DNA of 64,000 bases from the NCBI GenBank assembly GCA_030693155.1, contig JAUYBJ010000057.1, forward strand, positions 10,275-74,274, read 5' to 3'. This DNA comes from Methylococcales bacterium (GTDB lineage Bacteria > Pseudomonadota > Gammaproteobacteria > Methylococcales > Methylomonadaceae). Positions within the stretch are counted from its first letter, which is position 1; each line of letters begins with the position of its first letter. The translations under genes and the position numbers were made by a program. The notes beneath the pieces are model-generated. The model saw nothing but the letters and a program-made list of their open reading frames with translations, had not been told where the DNA came from and did not search any database. Below, one piece after another: positions 1 through 9,038 of this stretch.

Positions 1-2
1 CA

Positions 3-116
3 AAGATGTTTAAGAAGGTACCTAAATCAGGTGCTGAAACACGAGTTAAATACGATAACGGAATTGCTGTAAATGTTAAAACAAAATCTGAAAAATCAAA
101 GACTAATAATCGTTGA
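3..116 (+). CDS. 3' end of a CDS that starts left of the window (unknown product)
   Basis: Frame is open from the window edge to TGA at 114-116. The tail is Lys-rich (…KVPKSGAETRVKYDNGIAVNVKTKSEKSKTNNR). No recognisable motif. Confidence 0.2.
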   Translation, partial: KMFKKVPKSGAETRVKYDNGIAVNVKTKSEKSKTNNR

Positions 117-149
117 TATATCCCAGAATATGTGCAAAAATAGGACATT

Positions 150-749
150 ATGAGAGTGACATTTGTAGATAAAGTAAGGCAAAAAGTGAATGCTTCAAAA
201 GAGCAGGTATTTTTACGTCGAGACTTTGATGAGTTGGGTGATTATCGTCAGGTGGGAAGGGCACTTGCACGTCTTCAAGATGAGTATGTGATTATTCATG
301 CAGGGCATGGTGTTTATGCAAAACCAAGCATAGCAACTAAACCAGAACTGGTAATAAAAAAACTCAGTAAAAAATTAGGCGGTAGAGTTAAGCGCACAAT
401 TAAATTGGGTGGGACTCGCGTATATTTTGATAAAACAATTACGATCCAGAATGTTCAACAAAGATTAGATAGATTAAAGCTGTTAATGGCAGAAAATGTG
501 CTACAGCGATATTCGATCGAGCAAATTAGAAAACATAGTCTGGATGCTTTGTCACGTTGGAAAAAAATCAATTCATGGAATCCAGGATATACAGAGTGGG
601 AGCATATTTTGCTAACTGGATCTGATGATTTGGTGCGTGAAATAATGACTTCCGACAAACAAGAGCCATGTAATAGGTTGCGTCAGTCGCCGCCTTATGT
701 TGATTTGGTTGATGAAAAGATTATGGAGAAGCTTCGTGAAACGCGATGA
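150..749 (+). CDS. AbiEi-like winged-helix antitoxin/regulator candidate
   Basis: The N-terminal segment FLRRDFDELGDYRQVGRALARLQDEYVIIHAGHGVYAKP resembles the AbiEi-type wHTH signature (…G.l.r..rGvY). The 3' end overlaps the next ORF. Confidence 0.4.
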   Translation: MRVTFVDKVRQKVNASKEQVFLRRDFDELGDYRQVGRALARLQDEYVIIHAGHGVYAKPSIATKPELVIKKLSKKLGGRVKRTIKLGGTRVYFDKTITIQNVQQRLDRLKLLMAENVLQRYSIEQIRKHSLDALSRWKKINSWNPGYTEWEHILLTGSDDLVREIMTSDKQEPCNRLRQSPPYVDLVDEKIMEKLRETR

Positions 750-1506
750 AATTGAACATACCTTGCGAGCTGCAGGCGATATTTTAGATGAAACTAAATT
801 TATTATTGTAGGTAGTCAATCTATATTAGGAAAGTTTCCTGATGCTCCTGATGAATTACTAATGTCTGCGGAAGTGGATATGTATTCAAAGAATAAACCC
901 TTGTTATCTGAAAAACTCAATGCAATCGGTGTTGGTTCGCAGTTTGAAAAAACATATGGTTATTACGTTGATCCAGTAGACGAAGGAACGGCCATCTTGC
1001 CAAAAGGCTGGAAAAGTCGGTTAGTTAATCTTAAAAGCCCAGCAACTAATGGTGTAACAGGATTATGTCTGGATCCACATGATTTGTTTGTGTCAAAAAT
1101 GGCAGCTTCAAGAGAAAAAGATATTGAATATTGCAAAGTTATGATTGAACACAACCTTATTGGTAAGGAACGGGTGCTTGATTTGGCTGCAACAATTAAA
1201 AATCCTATTGATGATCCAGAATTAAGTAACAGGACGATAAGAAAAATAGAAACTATTTACCAGGGTGTGGATTTATCAAAAACAGTACATGTAAATACAG
1301 AGAATGGGTTCTATACAGGAAAAATTATCAGTGTGACAGACACGGTAGTTCAGCAAGATGCAGGGCGTGGCAAGATGATTTTTCATGAGGCCAGTAAGTT
1401 AGATCAACAACCCATCATTGGCCGCAGCTATGAAATTAGATACAACCATGGCATAGCTACTGTGAATCGTAACGAAAAAGAAAATAAGAAAGATCATACG
1501 CTATGA
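697..1506 (+). CDS. Pol-beta-fold nucleotidyltransferase-like protein (AbiEii/DUF6036-like) with an extra C-terminal domain
   Basis: hG[GS] motif (IIVGSQSILG) followed by an acidic pair (SAEVDMY). Start is uncertain (ATG 697/712 or GTG 736). The stop overlaps the next start (ATGA at 1503). Confidence 0.4.
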   Translation: MLIWLMKRLWRSFVKRDEIEHTLRAAGDILDETKFIIVGSQSILGKFPDAPDELLMSAEVDMYSKNKPLLSEKLNAIGVGSQFEKTYGYYVDPVDEGTAILPKGWKSRLVNLKSPATNGVTGLCLDPHDLFVSKMAASREKDIEYCKVMIEHNLIGKERVLDLAATIKNPIDDPELSNRTIRKIETIYQGVDLSKTVHVNTENGFYTGKIISVTDTVVQQDAGRGKMIFHEASKLDQQPIIGRSYEIRYNHGIATVNRNEKENKKDHTL

Positions 1507-3137
1507 CATTCAAGAAATTCATTCTAAGTAGCTTTGCAGCAATACTATTAACTTCATGTGCTACTTTGCCACAGGGAAGTAACCCAGCTAAAGACGAAAG
1601 CAAGTTACGTAATTATCGTGTGATGACTCCAGAAGAAAAAAATAATGCAGATATAGCAGCTGCTGCATTTAGCAGCACATCAATTCGATTAAATAAAAAT
1701 GCAAACGGACTTACTGCAGAGCAATCTCAAATAGTTGCTAAGTGGGAAGCCATCAAAAAGAAATATGCCAAGGTTAGCGTTCTTAATGCGCAACAATCAC
1801 TAGAAATAGGGGGTGCTTTGGCACCATTATTGGCTGCAGCAGATCAAGAATATCAGGGTGAACAATCAATTCAATCTGGTATATCTAAAACGGTAACAGT
1901 AAAACCAAATAGCCTGGTAAGAATGGCCGTGAATGGGTATTGCATGGATCCGCAATTAAAAGCAGCAGGGGAGGGCGAGAAGTTTCATTTAATACCAGCT
2001 GAAAAATTAATCAGTCCAGACTTATTATCCCTATATCGCGCCGTTGTTGCTTATGGTGATAACAATCCTAATTCTAAAGATAACGTACAAGCAATTGTTT
2101 GGGCTATTCGTACAAGCTGTGATGCAGACATGAAATACGTGAAAATCCTAAATAACACACATTTCAAGATAATGAATGAGTCATATCCTAATGGTGCAAA
2201 TGTATTTGTTCGGCATGTTGATAGCTGTCACGGTACATCAAATAATATTTTCCAAAGCTTTGCCGATGAATTTAAAAAAACCATAGACGATACAAAAAAA
2301 CTGGTTGAAAGCACAACAAACTTTAAAAATGAAATGGCACGTATTTTATCTTCTACGCCAGATCAAGAACAACCCTCTGCTACTAAGGAAGTAAAACCAG
2401 AAGCTAAAATTCAGAACGGTGAATATTCTATGTTAAGCCCAGGTGTTTATGCAAAAGTAGTGGGTACCAAACAATTAGGCATGAATGTTGAAATTCTTAA
2501 TACTACAGATAAACCTTTTAATTATGAATCTACCTATTGGGCGGCTGTTCCTGTTAATAATTTTCAGATCGTTCAAAGTCAAACACCTAATTCAATATTA
2601 GGTGCTCAAGGCAATCAAGTAATGACCGCTTATGCAAAAGATGCTTTTAAATACTTAGCAGAAAAGACTTTGGATAAATCATCATCATCTACAGGAATTG
2701 GCAAGATATTTGTGAAAATAAAAGGAAATAGTATTAGAAATCCTATATTCAAAAATCTACTTGAAATAACCCCAGTAGCTGGGAATGCGCTTGCATTATA
2801 TGAAACATTAAGTGGTAAAGATTGGTTAACGGATCAACCTCTTTCTGCCGCTGAAAGATCTTTAGCATTGTTATCTACAGTACCAGGTGCGAATTTGGTA
2901 AATAAGGCTCTACGTGGCACGTTAAAAACAAGTGGATATGTAATGAAAACAATTCATGAGCTTGAAAGAACAGGCGCAATTAGAGACGCAGCAAGTTGGG
3001 CTATTAGCGATACTGTTGACGGTTTCTTAGGATCATATTCACCTAAAACTTACGTAAATAAATTTACAGATAATGTTAGTAAAACTTTAAGTCAAGTTGC
3101 TGATAATAGCGTTAACGCTATGGGGGGTATTAAGTAA
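1503..3137 (+). CDS. Lipoprotein with pre-toxin-TG-like segment and short C-terminal tail (polymorphic-toxin-like)
   Basis: Signal peptide plus lipobox (AAILLTSC). Around nt 2760-2890, ITPVAGNALALYETLSGKDWLTDQPLSAAERSLALLSTVPG resembles the PT-TG pre-toxin module. About 80 aa follow it. Confidence 0.45.
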   Translation: MTFKKFILSSFAAILLTSCATLPQGSNPAKDESKLRNYRVMTPEEKNNADIAAAAFSSTSIRLNKNANGLTAEQSQIVAKWEAIKKKYAKVSVLNAQQSLEIGGALAPLLAAADQEYQGEQSIQSGISKTVTVKPNSLVRMAVNGYCMDPQLKAAGEGEKFHLIPAEKLISPDLLSLYRAVVAYGDNNPNSKDNVQAIVWAIRTSCDADMKYVKILNNTHFKIMNESYPNGANVFVRHVDSCHGTSNNIFQSFADEFKKTIDDTKKLVESTTNFKNEMARILSSTPDQEQPSATKEVKPEAKIQNGEYSMLSPGVYAKVVGTKQLGMNVEILNTTDKPFNYESTYWAAVPVNNFQIVQSQTPNSILGAQGNQVMTAYAKDAFKYLAEKTLDKSSSSTGIGKIFVKIKGNSIRNPIFKNLLEITPVAGNALALYETLSGKDWLTDQPLSAAERSLALLSTVPGANLVNKALRGTLKTSGYVMKTIHELERTGAIRDAASWAISDTVDGFLGSYSPKTYVNKFTDNVSKTLSQVADNSVNAMGGIK

Positions 3138-3490
3138 TGTGGGTTTATCGTTCTGTAAGTGAAATGCTACTAATATTCGCAATATTGCCTATTATGTATT
3201 TAGTGATATGGGGAATAATTAAATTAAATTTACCTACGCTTGCACAAACAATAATAAATTGTGTAGGTGTAATTTTGTTATTTTTTGCAGATGGCCCACC
3301 GTCTAATGACCCAATAGCATGGGTTGCAGGGCTAATTTTTATCCCACTTTGGATCTTAGCGATAATTCATACTGGAAGAAAAGGGAAACCTATGTATCAA
3401 ATTGCATTAGGAGTATTTGTAGGTATGCACTTGGTACGTTATATAGCTACGGGTTCAACTGGTTTAAATATGCTTTGGTGGATCTCTTAA
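3137..3490 (+). CDS. Small 4-TM membrane protein, paralog 1 (immunity-like)
   Basis: Start overlaps the stop of the lipoprotein gene (TAATG). Four hydrophobic segments. C-terminus GVFVGMHLVRYIATGSTGLNMLWWIS is shared with the next ORF. Confidence 0.6.
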   Translation: MWVYRSVSEMLLIFAILPIMYLVIWGIIKLNLPTLAQTIINCVGVILLFFADGPPSNDPIAWVAGLIFIPLWILAIIHTGRKGKPMYQIALGVFVGMHLVRYIATGSTGLNMLWWIS

Positions 3491-3501
3491 GATTACACTA
3501 A

Positions 3502-3852
3502 ATGTGGGCTTATCATACCGTTGGTCAAACACTACTTATATTTCCTGTGGCCATCATCATGGGACTTGTTGTGATTTTTATTGATTGGCTTAAATTAAAT
3601 AAAACCGTAGAAATGGTTTTAAGTTGTTTTAGTATTTTTCTATTCCTACTAGCTGATGGGCCGCCTAGAGATTTAATGAGTTGGTTTGTTGGCATTCCTG
3701 CAATATTGGGATGGTGTTATCTTTCAATTGCTTGCTGGAAACGTGGAGGAAATATGAAGCAGGTTATCCTTGGGGTTTTTATTGGTATGCATGTGGTTCG
3801 TTATATTGTTACAGGTTCAACTGGATTAAATATGTTTTGGTGGATGTCTTGA
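3502..3852 (+). CDS. Small 4-TM membrane protein, paralog 2 (immunity-like)
   Basis: Roughly half of its positions are identical by eye to 3137-3490 (MW.Y..V...LLIF…ADGPP…GVFIGMHVVRYIVTGSTGLNMFWWMS). Only an 11-nt spacer separates them. Confidence 0.6.
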   Translation: MWAYHTVGQTLLIFPVAIIMGLVVIFIDWLKLNKTVEMVLSCFSIFLFLLADGPPRDLMSWFVGIPAILGWCYLSIACWKRGGNMKQVILGVFIGMHVVRYIVTGSTGLNMFWWMS

Positions 3853-3910
3853 AATAAGGCTATTGAGGTACTTACGCAACTGTGTAAAATACTTGAAAGT
3901 AAGAAAAATT

Positions 3911-5701
3911 ATGAAACCAGCTAATTACATATCGATAAATTCAAATAAAAGACAATCGTTAGATTCTAAGCAACAATATCTTGCCATGAAATCTATGGCA
4001 CGTGGTTATGCAGAAGAGCTTGCTGAGTTGGATCGATTGTCTATTATGCATGCGTTTTGCATATCAATGATGAGCAGCTATTGGGATTCTGTAGTTGAGT
4101 CCAAAGGGGCAAAACTAAAGATCAAAAAACCACCATTCGGTGCAGTAGCGCTTGATTCAGTCGCAATCGACTTAGCAACACAAATCGGTAAAATTGTTTC
4201 TCATTTTCCAGCTGCAAATGCAGGCTACCTGATTGGTAGTGTGTATACGATTATGCTTCCAGAGCAAATGCGTTCAACACTAGGCGCTTTCTATACGCCA
4301 CCATCATTGTCTGAAAGACTCATTGATCTGGCCATATCCGCAGGCTTTGATCCTGCAAAGCATAGTGCTTGTGATCCATCATGTGGTGGGGGTGCCTTTC
4401 TTTCGCCCGTAGCCGCACGAATGTTACAAGCTACCCCCCAAAGTACACCCGAACTTACTTTACGCCGTATAGCCTCGCGTTTGCGTGGCAATGAGATAGA
4501 TCCTTTCGCTGCATGGATTTCCGAAGTTCTATTAGAGGTAACACTACTGGATCTGATCGTGGCCAGTGGTAAACGAATGCCTGATGTTGTTACTGTGGGT
4601 GATTCACTGAATTTGGATAGTACATTTGGTACTTATGATTTAGTCATCGGTAATCCTCCCTATGGTAGAACTACACTTACCCCTTCTTTACGTGAAAAAT
4701 TCTCGCGTAGTCTTTTTGGTCATGCAAATTTATATGGCGTTTTCACGGACTTGGCATTAAATCTATGCAAGCCCAATGGCGTAATTGCCTACGTTACACC
4801 AACGTCTTTCCTTGGTGGCCAGTATTTCAAAGCATTGCGTGAGTTGCTATGTGCAGAAGCGCCAGCCCATGCCATTGATATAGTATTTGGTAGGGAAGGT
4901 GTGTTTGACGGTGTTTTACAGGAAACCGCATTAACGACATATTGCAGGAACGGTAAACCTGTACAAGTTAGCATTTCTCAAGTGACGACTGGGCCAGATG
5001 ATGTAGCCGAGGTTACATTAATTGGTAAATCGAATCTGGATACCCATGGTGGCCCATGGCTGTTACCTCGCTCAAAAGAACAAGCTTCGTTCTTTGATGC
5101 TCTGCGCATGATGGATACCAGGCTTACAGATCTTGGTTATGATGTAAGTACAGGGCCATTGGTATGGAATCGTCATAAAGACCAATTGAAAACCAGTATC
5201 AAGGGTAAGAACACTTATCCATTGATATGGGCTGAATCAATCGCTTCATCTAAATTTGTGTTCTCAGCGGTTAGGAAGAATCATGCGCCTGCAATCAAGG
5301 TTCTGGATAACCAGGAACATCTATTAACCAAAACATCTTGTGTATTGGTTCAAAGAACTACATCCAAAGAGCAGGTTCGTCGTCTGATTTCTGCTGTACT
5401 GCCAAAAGAGTTCCTTAATAAGCATGGCGCAGTTGTTGTTGAAAATCACATCAATTCAGTTTATCCAGTTATCGAGACTGAGATTACACCAGAAACCATG
5501 GCGGTATTATTCAATTCACAACCAGTGGATGCGGCATTTCGCTGCATTAGTGGTAGTGTTGCAGTTTCCGCCTATGAGTTAAAAGCATTGCCTTTACCGA
5601 CCTTACAACAAATGAAACAACTTCAAGCTTTGATTCAAAACAAAGCGAGCTCAATCATCATAGAAAACACAATCAAACGTTATTACGGAATCAGTGCATG
5701 A
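3911..5701 (+). CDS. N6-adenine DNA methyltransferase (Eco57I/PstI-type gamma class)
   Basis: SAM motif I DPSCGGGAFL and catalytic motif IV LVIGNPPYG. ATG 3911 is preferred over the TTG 3863 used in the track. Confidence 0.8.
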   Translation: MKPANYISINSNKRQSLDSKQQYLAMKSMARGYAEELAELDRLSIMHAFCISMMSSYWDSVVESKGAKLKIKKPPFGAVALDSVAIDLATQIGKIVSHFPAANAGYLIGSVYTIMLPEQMRSTLGAFYTPPSLSERLIDLAISAGFDPAKHSACDPSCGGGAFLSPVAARMLQATPQSTPELTLRRIASRLRGNEIDPFAAWISEVLLEVTLLDLIVASGKRMPDVVTVGDSLNLDSTFGTYDLVIGNPPYGRTTLTPSLREKFSRSLFGHANLYGVFTDLALNLCKPNGVIAYVTPTSFLGGQYFKALRELLCAEAPAHAIDIVFGREGVFDGVLQETALTTYCRNGKPVQVSISQVTTGPDDVAEVTLIGKSNLDTHGGPWLLPRSKEQASFFDALRMMDTRLTDLGYDVSTGPLVWNRHKDQLKTSIKGKNTYPLIWAESIASSKFVFSAVRKNHAPAIKVLDNQEHLLTKTSCVLVQRTTSKEQVRRLISAVLPKEFLNKHGAVVVENHINSVYPVIETEITPETMAVLFNSQPVDAAFRCISGSVAVSAYELKALPLPTLQQMKQLQALIQNKASSIIIENTIKRYYGISA

Positions 5702-6771
5702 CGTGGCCAACAGTTCCATCTTTAAGCACTGTCATTGCACGATTGCCACTGATATTTCCAGAAGGTGTAGAGAATCGACAATACTGTATTCGTGAGGCTA
5801 CCGCTAAAACAATTGCAGTCATGTTTTATTGCGGTGCCATTCATGGATCCGATCGATGGGCTAGACCTAGCCAGGTCACGGATATGTCTAATGAACAGAT
5901 CGCACTTACAGACCAGAGCGCTCGTGAAGCATGGTGTGCTTATATGTTGTCCAATAAGAAAAAACAGCGATCGTCTGCTGCATGGTATGCGGTTAATTCG
6001 CGTGAACAGATCCGCGATGAATGTATTGCTAAAGGCCTAATACCCAATCAAGCTGTATTTGAACGGCCAGGTGTACCCACAACATCATCCAAGCCGAAAT
6101 ATGCGCTTAAACCTGAATTTGCAGCCTTGTTTGATGAAACTTTAGAAGGTGATGAATTGTTGGCCGTAATAACAGCGTGGCAGCTGCGGTTCCTATCAAC
6201 AACAGCTATGGCACGTGCAACAATAATTCGTAGGAATGCAGTTGCTTCTACAGATCGAGTACAAATAGTGTTTCCTAGCGGTAGTGCTATTACATTAGCG
6301 CCTGGCGAAAGCTCGATGATCACTAAAGCAGTGGTGGAGCAATTCACACGACATTTTTTGATACAGCCAGCTGTGTTGTGGCTTTCAGAAAGTGCAAACA
6401 AAGTTATTGATAATCGATTAGTTGAAGACTTGCATTTACATATAGATCAATCTAAAAGTTTGCCTGATTTAATCTTAGTTGATCTTAACCCTGCTGATGG
6501 TAATATACTCGTGGTTTTTGTAGAAGTCGTGCATACCGATGGGCCAGTAAGTCAACAACGCAAAGAGGCTTTGGAAGCCATTGCGCTAGATGCAGGGTTT
6601 GAAGCAGAGCACTTAGCTTATGTCACAGCGTTTGCCGATAGAAGCGCGAGTCCATACAGAAGCCTGGTACATAATTTGGCTTGGAATTCATTTGTATGGT
6701 TTGCCTCTGAGCCTGAGAGCATTATTATTTTAAAATTAGGAACAGAAAGAAAATTATCAGAATTACGTTAG
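5698..6771 (+). CDS. Type II restriction endonuclease, BsuBI/PstI-like
   Basis: ATGA overlap with the methylase gene. The C-terminal pattern LPDLILVD…VVFVEVVHTDGPVSQQRKEALE…YVTAFADR…LAWNSFVW matches my recollection of the BsuBI/PstI REase C-domain. Confidence 0.55.
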   Translation: MTWPTVPSLSTVIARLPLIFPEGVENRQYCIREATAKTIAVMFYCGAIHGSDRWARPSQVTDMSNEQIALTDQSAREAWCAYMLSNKKKQRSSAAWYAVNSREQIRDECIAKGLIPNQAVFERPGVPTTSSKPKYALKPEFAALFDETLEGDELLAVITAWQLRFLSTTAMARATIIRRNAVASTDRVQIVFPSGSAITLAPGESSMITKAVVEQFTRHFLIQPAVLWLSESANKVIDNRLVEDLHLHIDQSKSLPDLILVDLNPADGNILVVFVEVVHTDGPVSQQRKEALEAIALDAGFEAEHLAYVTAFADRSASPYRSLVHNLAWNSFVWFASEPESIIILKLGTERKLSELR

Positions 6772-8144
6772 AAGAAATGACGATCAAATTGTTTATGAAT
6801 ATCTATGATCTGTGAAGACCATTTTAATGCAATGTAATTCCCTTGATTAGCAATTAGCCAAGGTTTTATTGTTACCTCGGCTAAAGAACTAACAATATCT
6901 CGATAAAAGTTTGTATCTACCTTACATAACCCATCAAAATTTATTAGCATATTCTTTTTATCTAGTAATAAAGTAGATTTGCTGCCCCTCTTAAATGCAA
7001 TTATATGTAATTTATCAGAATTAGTTTTAAATAATAAAAACCTATAGCTAGGATCTGCAAAATTATTTTCAGGAATAATTTCTACACTAAAAGCAATGTC
7101 CCCTCCGTGTGTAATTTCATTGTAAACATTATCTACATCTACCTGTTTTTCAGAAGCCAGTAAGAAATAATTTCCATCTGGTTCATAAACAGAACTTCCA
7201 TCTGAATATTCAAAAATTTGGCTAACATTAATTTGTAAATCGGTATGTATAAAATCTATTGTTTCAAAATCAAGTCCTTTTTTACTCTTTAAATACCAAT
7301 CTAAATCTTGTTTTTTTATATCCATTCTTTTTGCAAAAGCTGCTAACGATTCTGGCCAACACTTAAGAATACAATTAACTACTGAATTACCATCTAAACC
7401 GTCAATCATTTGATCTGAAATATCATAATCTATAAGACCACCAGTAACTTGTACTTCATATTCAACTTGCTCTTTTGAGCGTGGTGGAATCTGGTTCTGA
7501 TTATTTAATAACCATTCACCAACATTAAAATTATCCCATTCTTTTTTACAGAAATTCACTAAAGGAGGGTAGTGGGGTTTGATATTGATAAAACTATTGC
7601 ATTTAAGTTTTACGTCATTCTTAAGACTATATTCGTAAGGAAAAGACCATGTTTTATTATCATGGTATGCAACATTTAATTCTTCAAGTAATAGATTTTG
7701 TTCTTTATCATCAATATTTGAAGCAAGCCAATATTTTTCTATAGCATTATCTTGAGTTACTTTTTGGTTTACATTGTAATTTCGATCATTACCATTAGCT
7801 ACGACTAAAACAATATTTAAGGTCTCACACATTATTTTTAGCCAAGGGAATTCATTTAAAAATCGATTGCTAACTTTTAGTATGTTAGGTAAACCAACTA
7901 GATTGGCTTCACTCCACGCTTCCATTAAAAATTCGTAAACAGAACCTGGCAGTTCTATATTGTAGAATCTCATGAACCTTACTGGGATACCTTCAACATT
8001 CAATGAGTAAATCAGAATAGGTGTTAAACCCAGTTTTTGAGCGTCTATTATTGATGTATTTTCTATTGTTCTTACAACATAGCCATCAGAATTAAGAAAT
8101 AATTTTTTACTAACCAGAATAGCAAATTGATGAATTATTAACAT
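6768..8144 (-). CDS. Hypothetical protein, 458 aa, no recognisable domain
   Basis: Long uninterrupted ORF in very AT-rich DNA. Its 3' end overlaps the REase gene stop by 4 nt (convergent). Confidence 0.5.
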   Translation of the reverse strand: MLIIHQFAILVSKKLFLNSDGYVVRTIENTSIIDAQKLGLTPILIYSLNVEGIPVRFMRFYNIELPGSVYEFLMEAWSEANLVGLPNILKVSNRFLNEFPWLKIMCETLNIVLVVANGNDRNYNVNQKVTQDNAIEKYWLASNIDDKEQNLLLEELNVAYHDNKTWSFPYEYSLKNDVKLKCNSFINIKPHYPPLVNFCKKEWDNFNVGEWLLNNQNQIPPRSKEQVEYEVQVTGGLIDYDISDQMIDGLDGNSVVNCILKCWPESLAAFAKRMDIKKQDLDWYLKSKKGLDFETIDFIHTDLQINVSQIFEYSDGSSVYEPDGNYFLLASEKQVDVDNVYNEITHGGDIAFSVEIIPENNFADPSYRFLLFKTNSDKLHIIAFKRGSKSTLLLDKKNMLINFDGLCKVDTNFYRDIVSSLAEVTIKPWLIANQGNYIALKWSSQIIDIHKQFDRHFF

Positions 8145-8189
8145 TTTTTAACCTTAGATTCAGCTACATGAAAATGGTACTTTTCGCGC

Positions 8190-8310
8190 GCTAAAGATAA
8201 ATGTTTTACAAAAAAATATTTTAACTAACTGATAAATAAAGAGTTATAATTTCATGTCAGACTTTATCTTTACTTTCATATATACGATAAAGTCTTTCAT
8301 GTTCGTATGA
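8190..8310. promoter_or_regulatory. Candidate TnsB-binding / tnsA promoter region with GATAAA(GTCT) repeats
   Basis: GATAAAGTCTTTCATG (+, about 8286-8301) and GATAAAGTCTGACATG (-, about 8255-8270) form a head-to-head pair. Weaker GATAAA copies sit at about 8195 and 8232. Confidence 0.35.
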
Positions 8311-8342
8311 TCTAGTTTGCTTTCAATCTTTCGGAGACGAAT

Positions 8343-9038
8343 GTGATTGTTAATAAACAAACCATAGACGAGTTAATGACTCCATCAGCTTTTAAGCGAG
8401 AGAATTATTCCGCCCATTTATATGCTCCGTATTCAATAAAGCTGCACCGTCGTGTTTATATCTATACTCATGACTCTTACAATCTTTGGGTTTTCATTGA
8501 AACCAACCCAAAAATTTCCTCTTACAATGAGGATGTTGAAAAAATTCCAATTTCACTCGAAGATGGTAATGTCATCAATATTTCACCCAGATTTATAGCT
8601 TTAAAAGTAGATGGGGTAGTCGAAGTACACACGATTCTAAATAACTCACAAAAACCATCAGATAAAAAAATAGCAGAGATTAATGCATGGCAACGTTTCT
8701 GTCAGCTCCATGGATTTAATTATCAAAATTGGACGTCAGAGGAACTTACAATTAATAAAGTTCGCCTGGCAAATTATAAAAAACTCTTACGTTATACAAG
8801 CTCACCCAATTCAGTTGTTAATCGTAAATTAGAACATCAAGTTCTGTCTGAAATAAGCAATGTTAGAAAAATCGTTTTCTATAAAATATTGCAGCATTTC
8901 CCGCTATCTGACCCAGAAGATATAAAAACGTCAATTGCTAGATTGATCATAAGTAATCAGGTTTATAGTGACTTGGATTTGTACCCATTTAGTATGCTGA
9001 CAGAGATCTCCGCGCATCATGAATTCCACAGTAATTAA
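8343..9038 (+). CDS. tnsA: TnsA-like protein with apparently degenerate catalytic residues
   Basis: …SYNLWVFIETNPKISSYNEDV…ISPRFIALKVDGVVEVHTI aligns by eye to the TnsA_N pattern S.lE…lle.dp.v.sf.eqP…YTPDF…vEVK. GTG start (alternative ATG at 8376). Confidence 0.5.
   Translation: MIVNKQTIDELMTPSAFKRENYSAHLYAPYSIKLHRRVYIYTHDSYNLWVFIETNPKISSYNEDVEKIPISLEDGNVINISPRFIALKVDGVVEVHTILNNSQKPSDKKIAEINAWQRFCQLHGFNYQNWTSEELTINKVRLANYKKLLRYTSSPNSVVNRKLEHQVLSEISNVRKIVFYKILQHFPLSDPEDIKTSIARLIISNQVYSDLDLYPFSMLTEISAHHEFHSN

Noticed and set aside
3319-3501. 60-aa plus-strand ORF overlapping the first 4-TM gene in another frame.
   Set aside because: The overlapping frame (3137-3490) is validated by its paralog at 3502-3852. 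The alternative frame has no such support.
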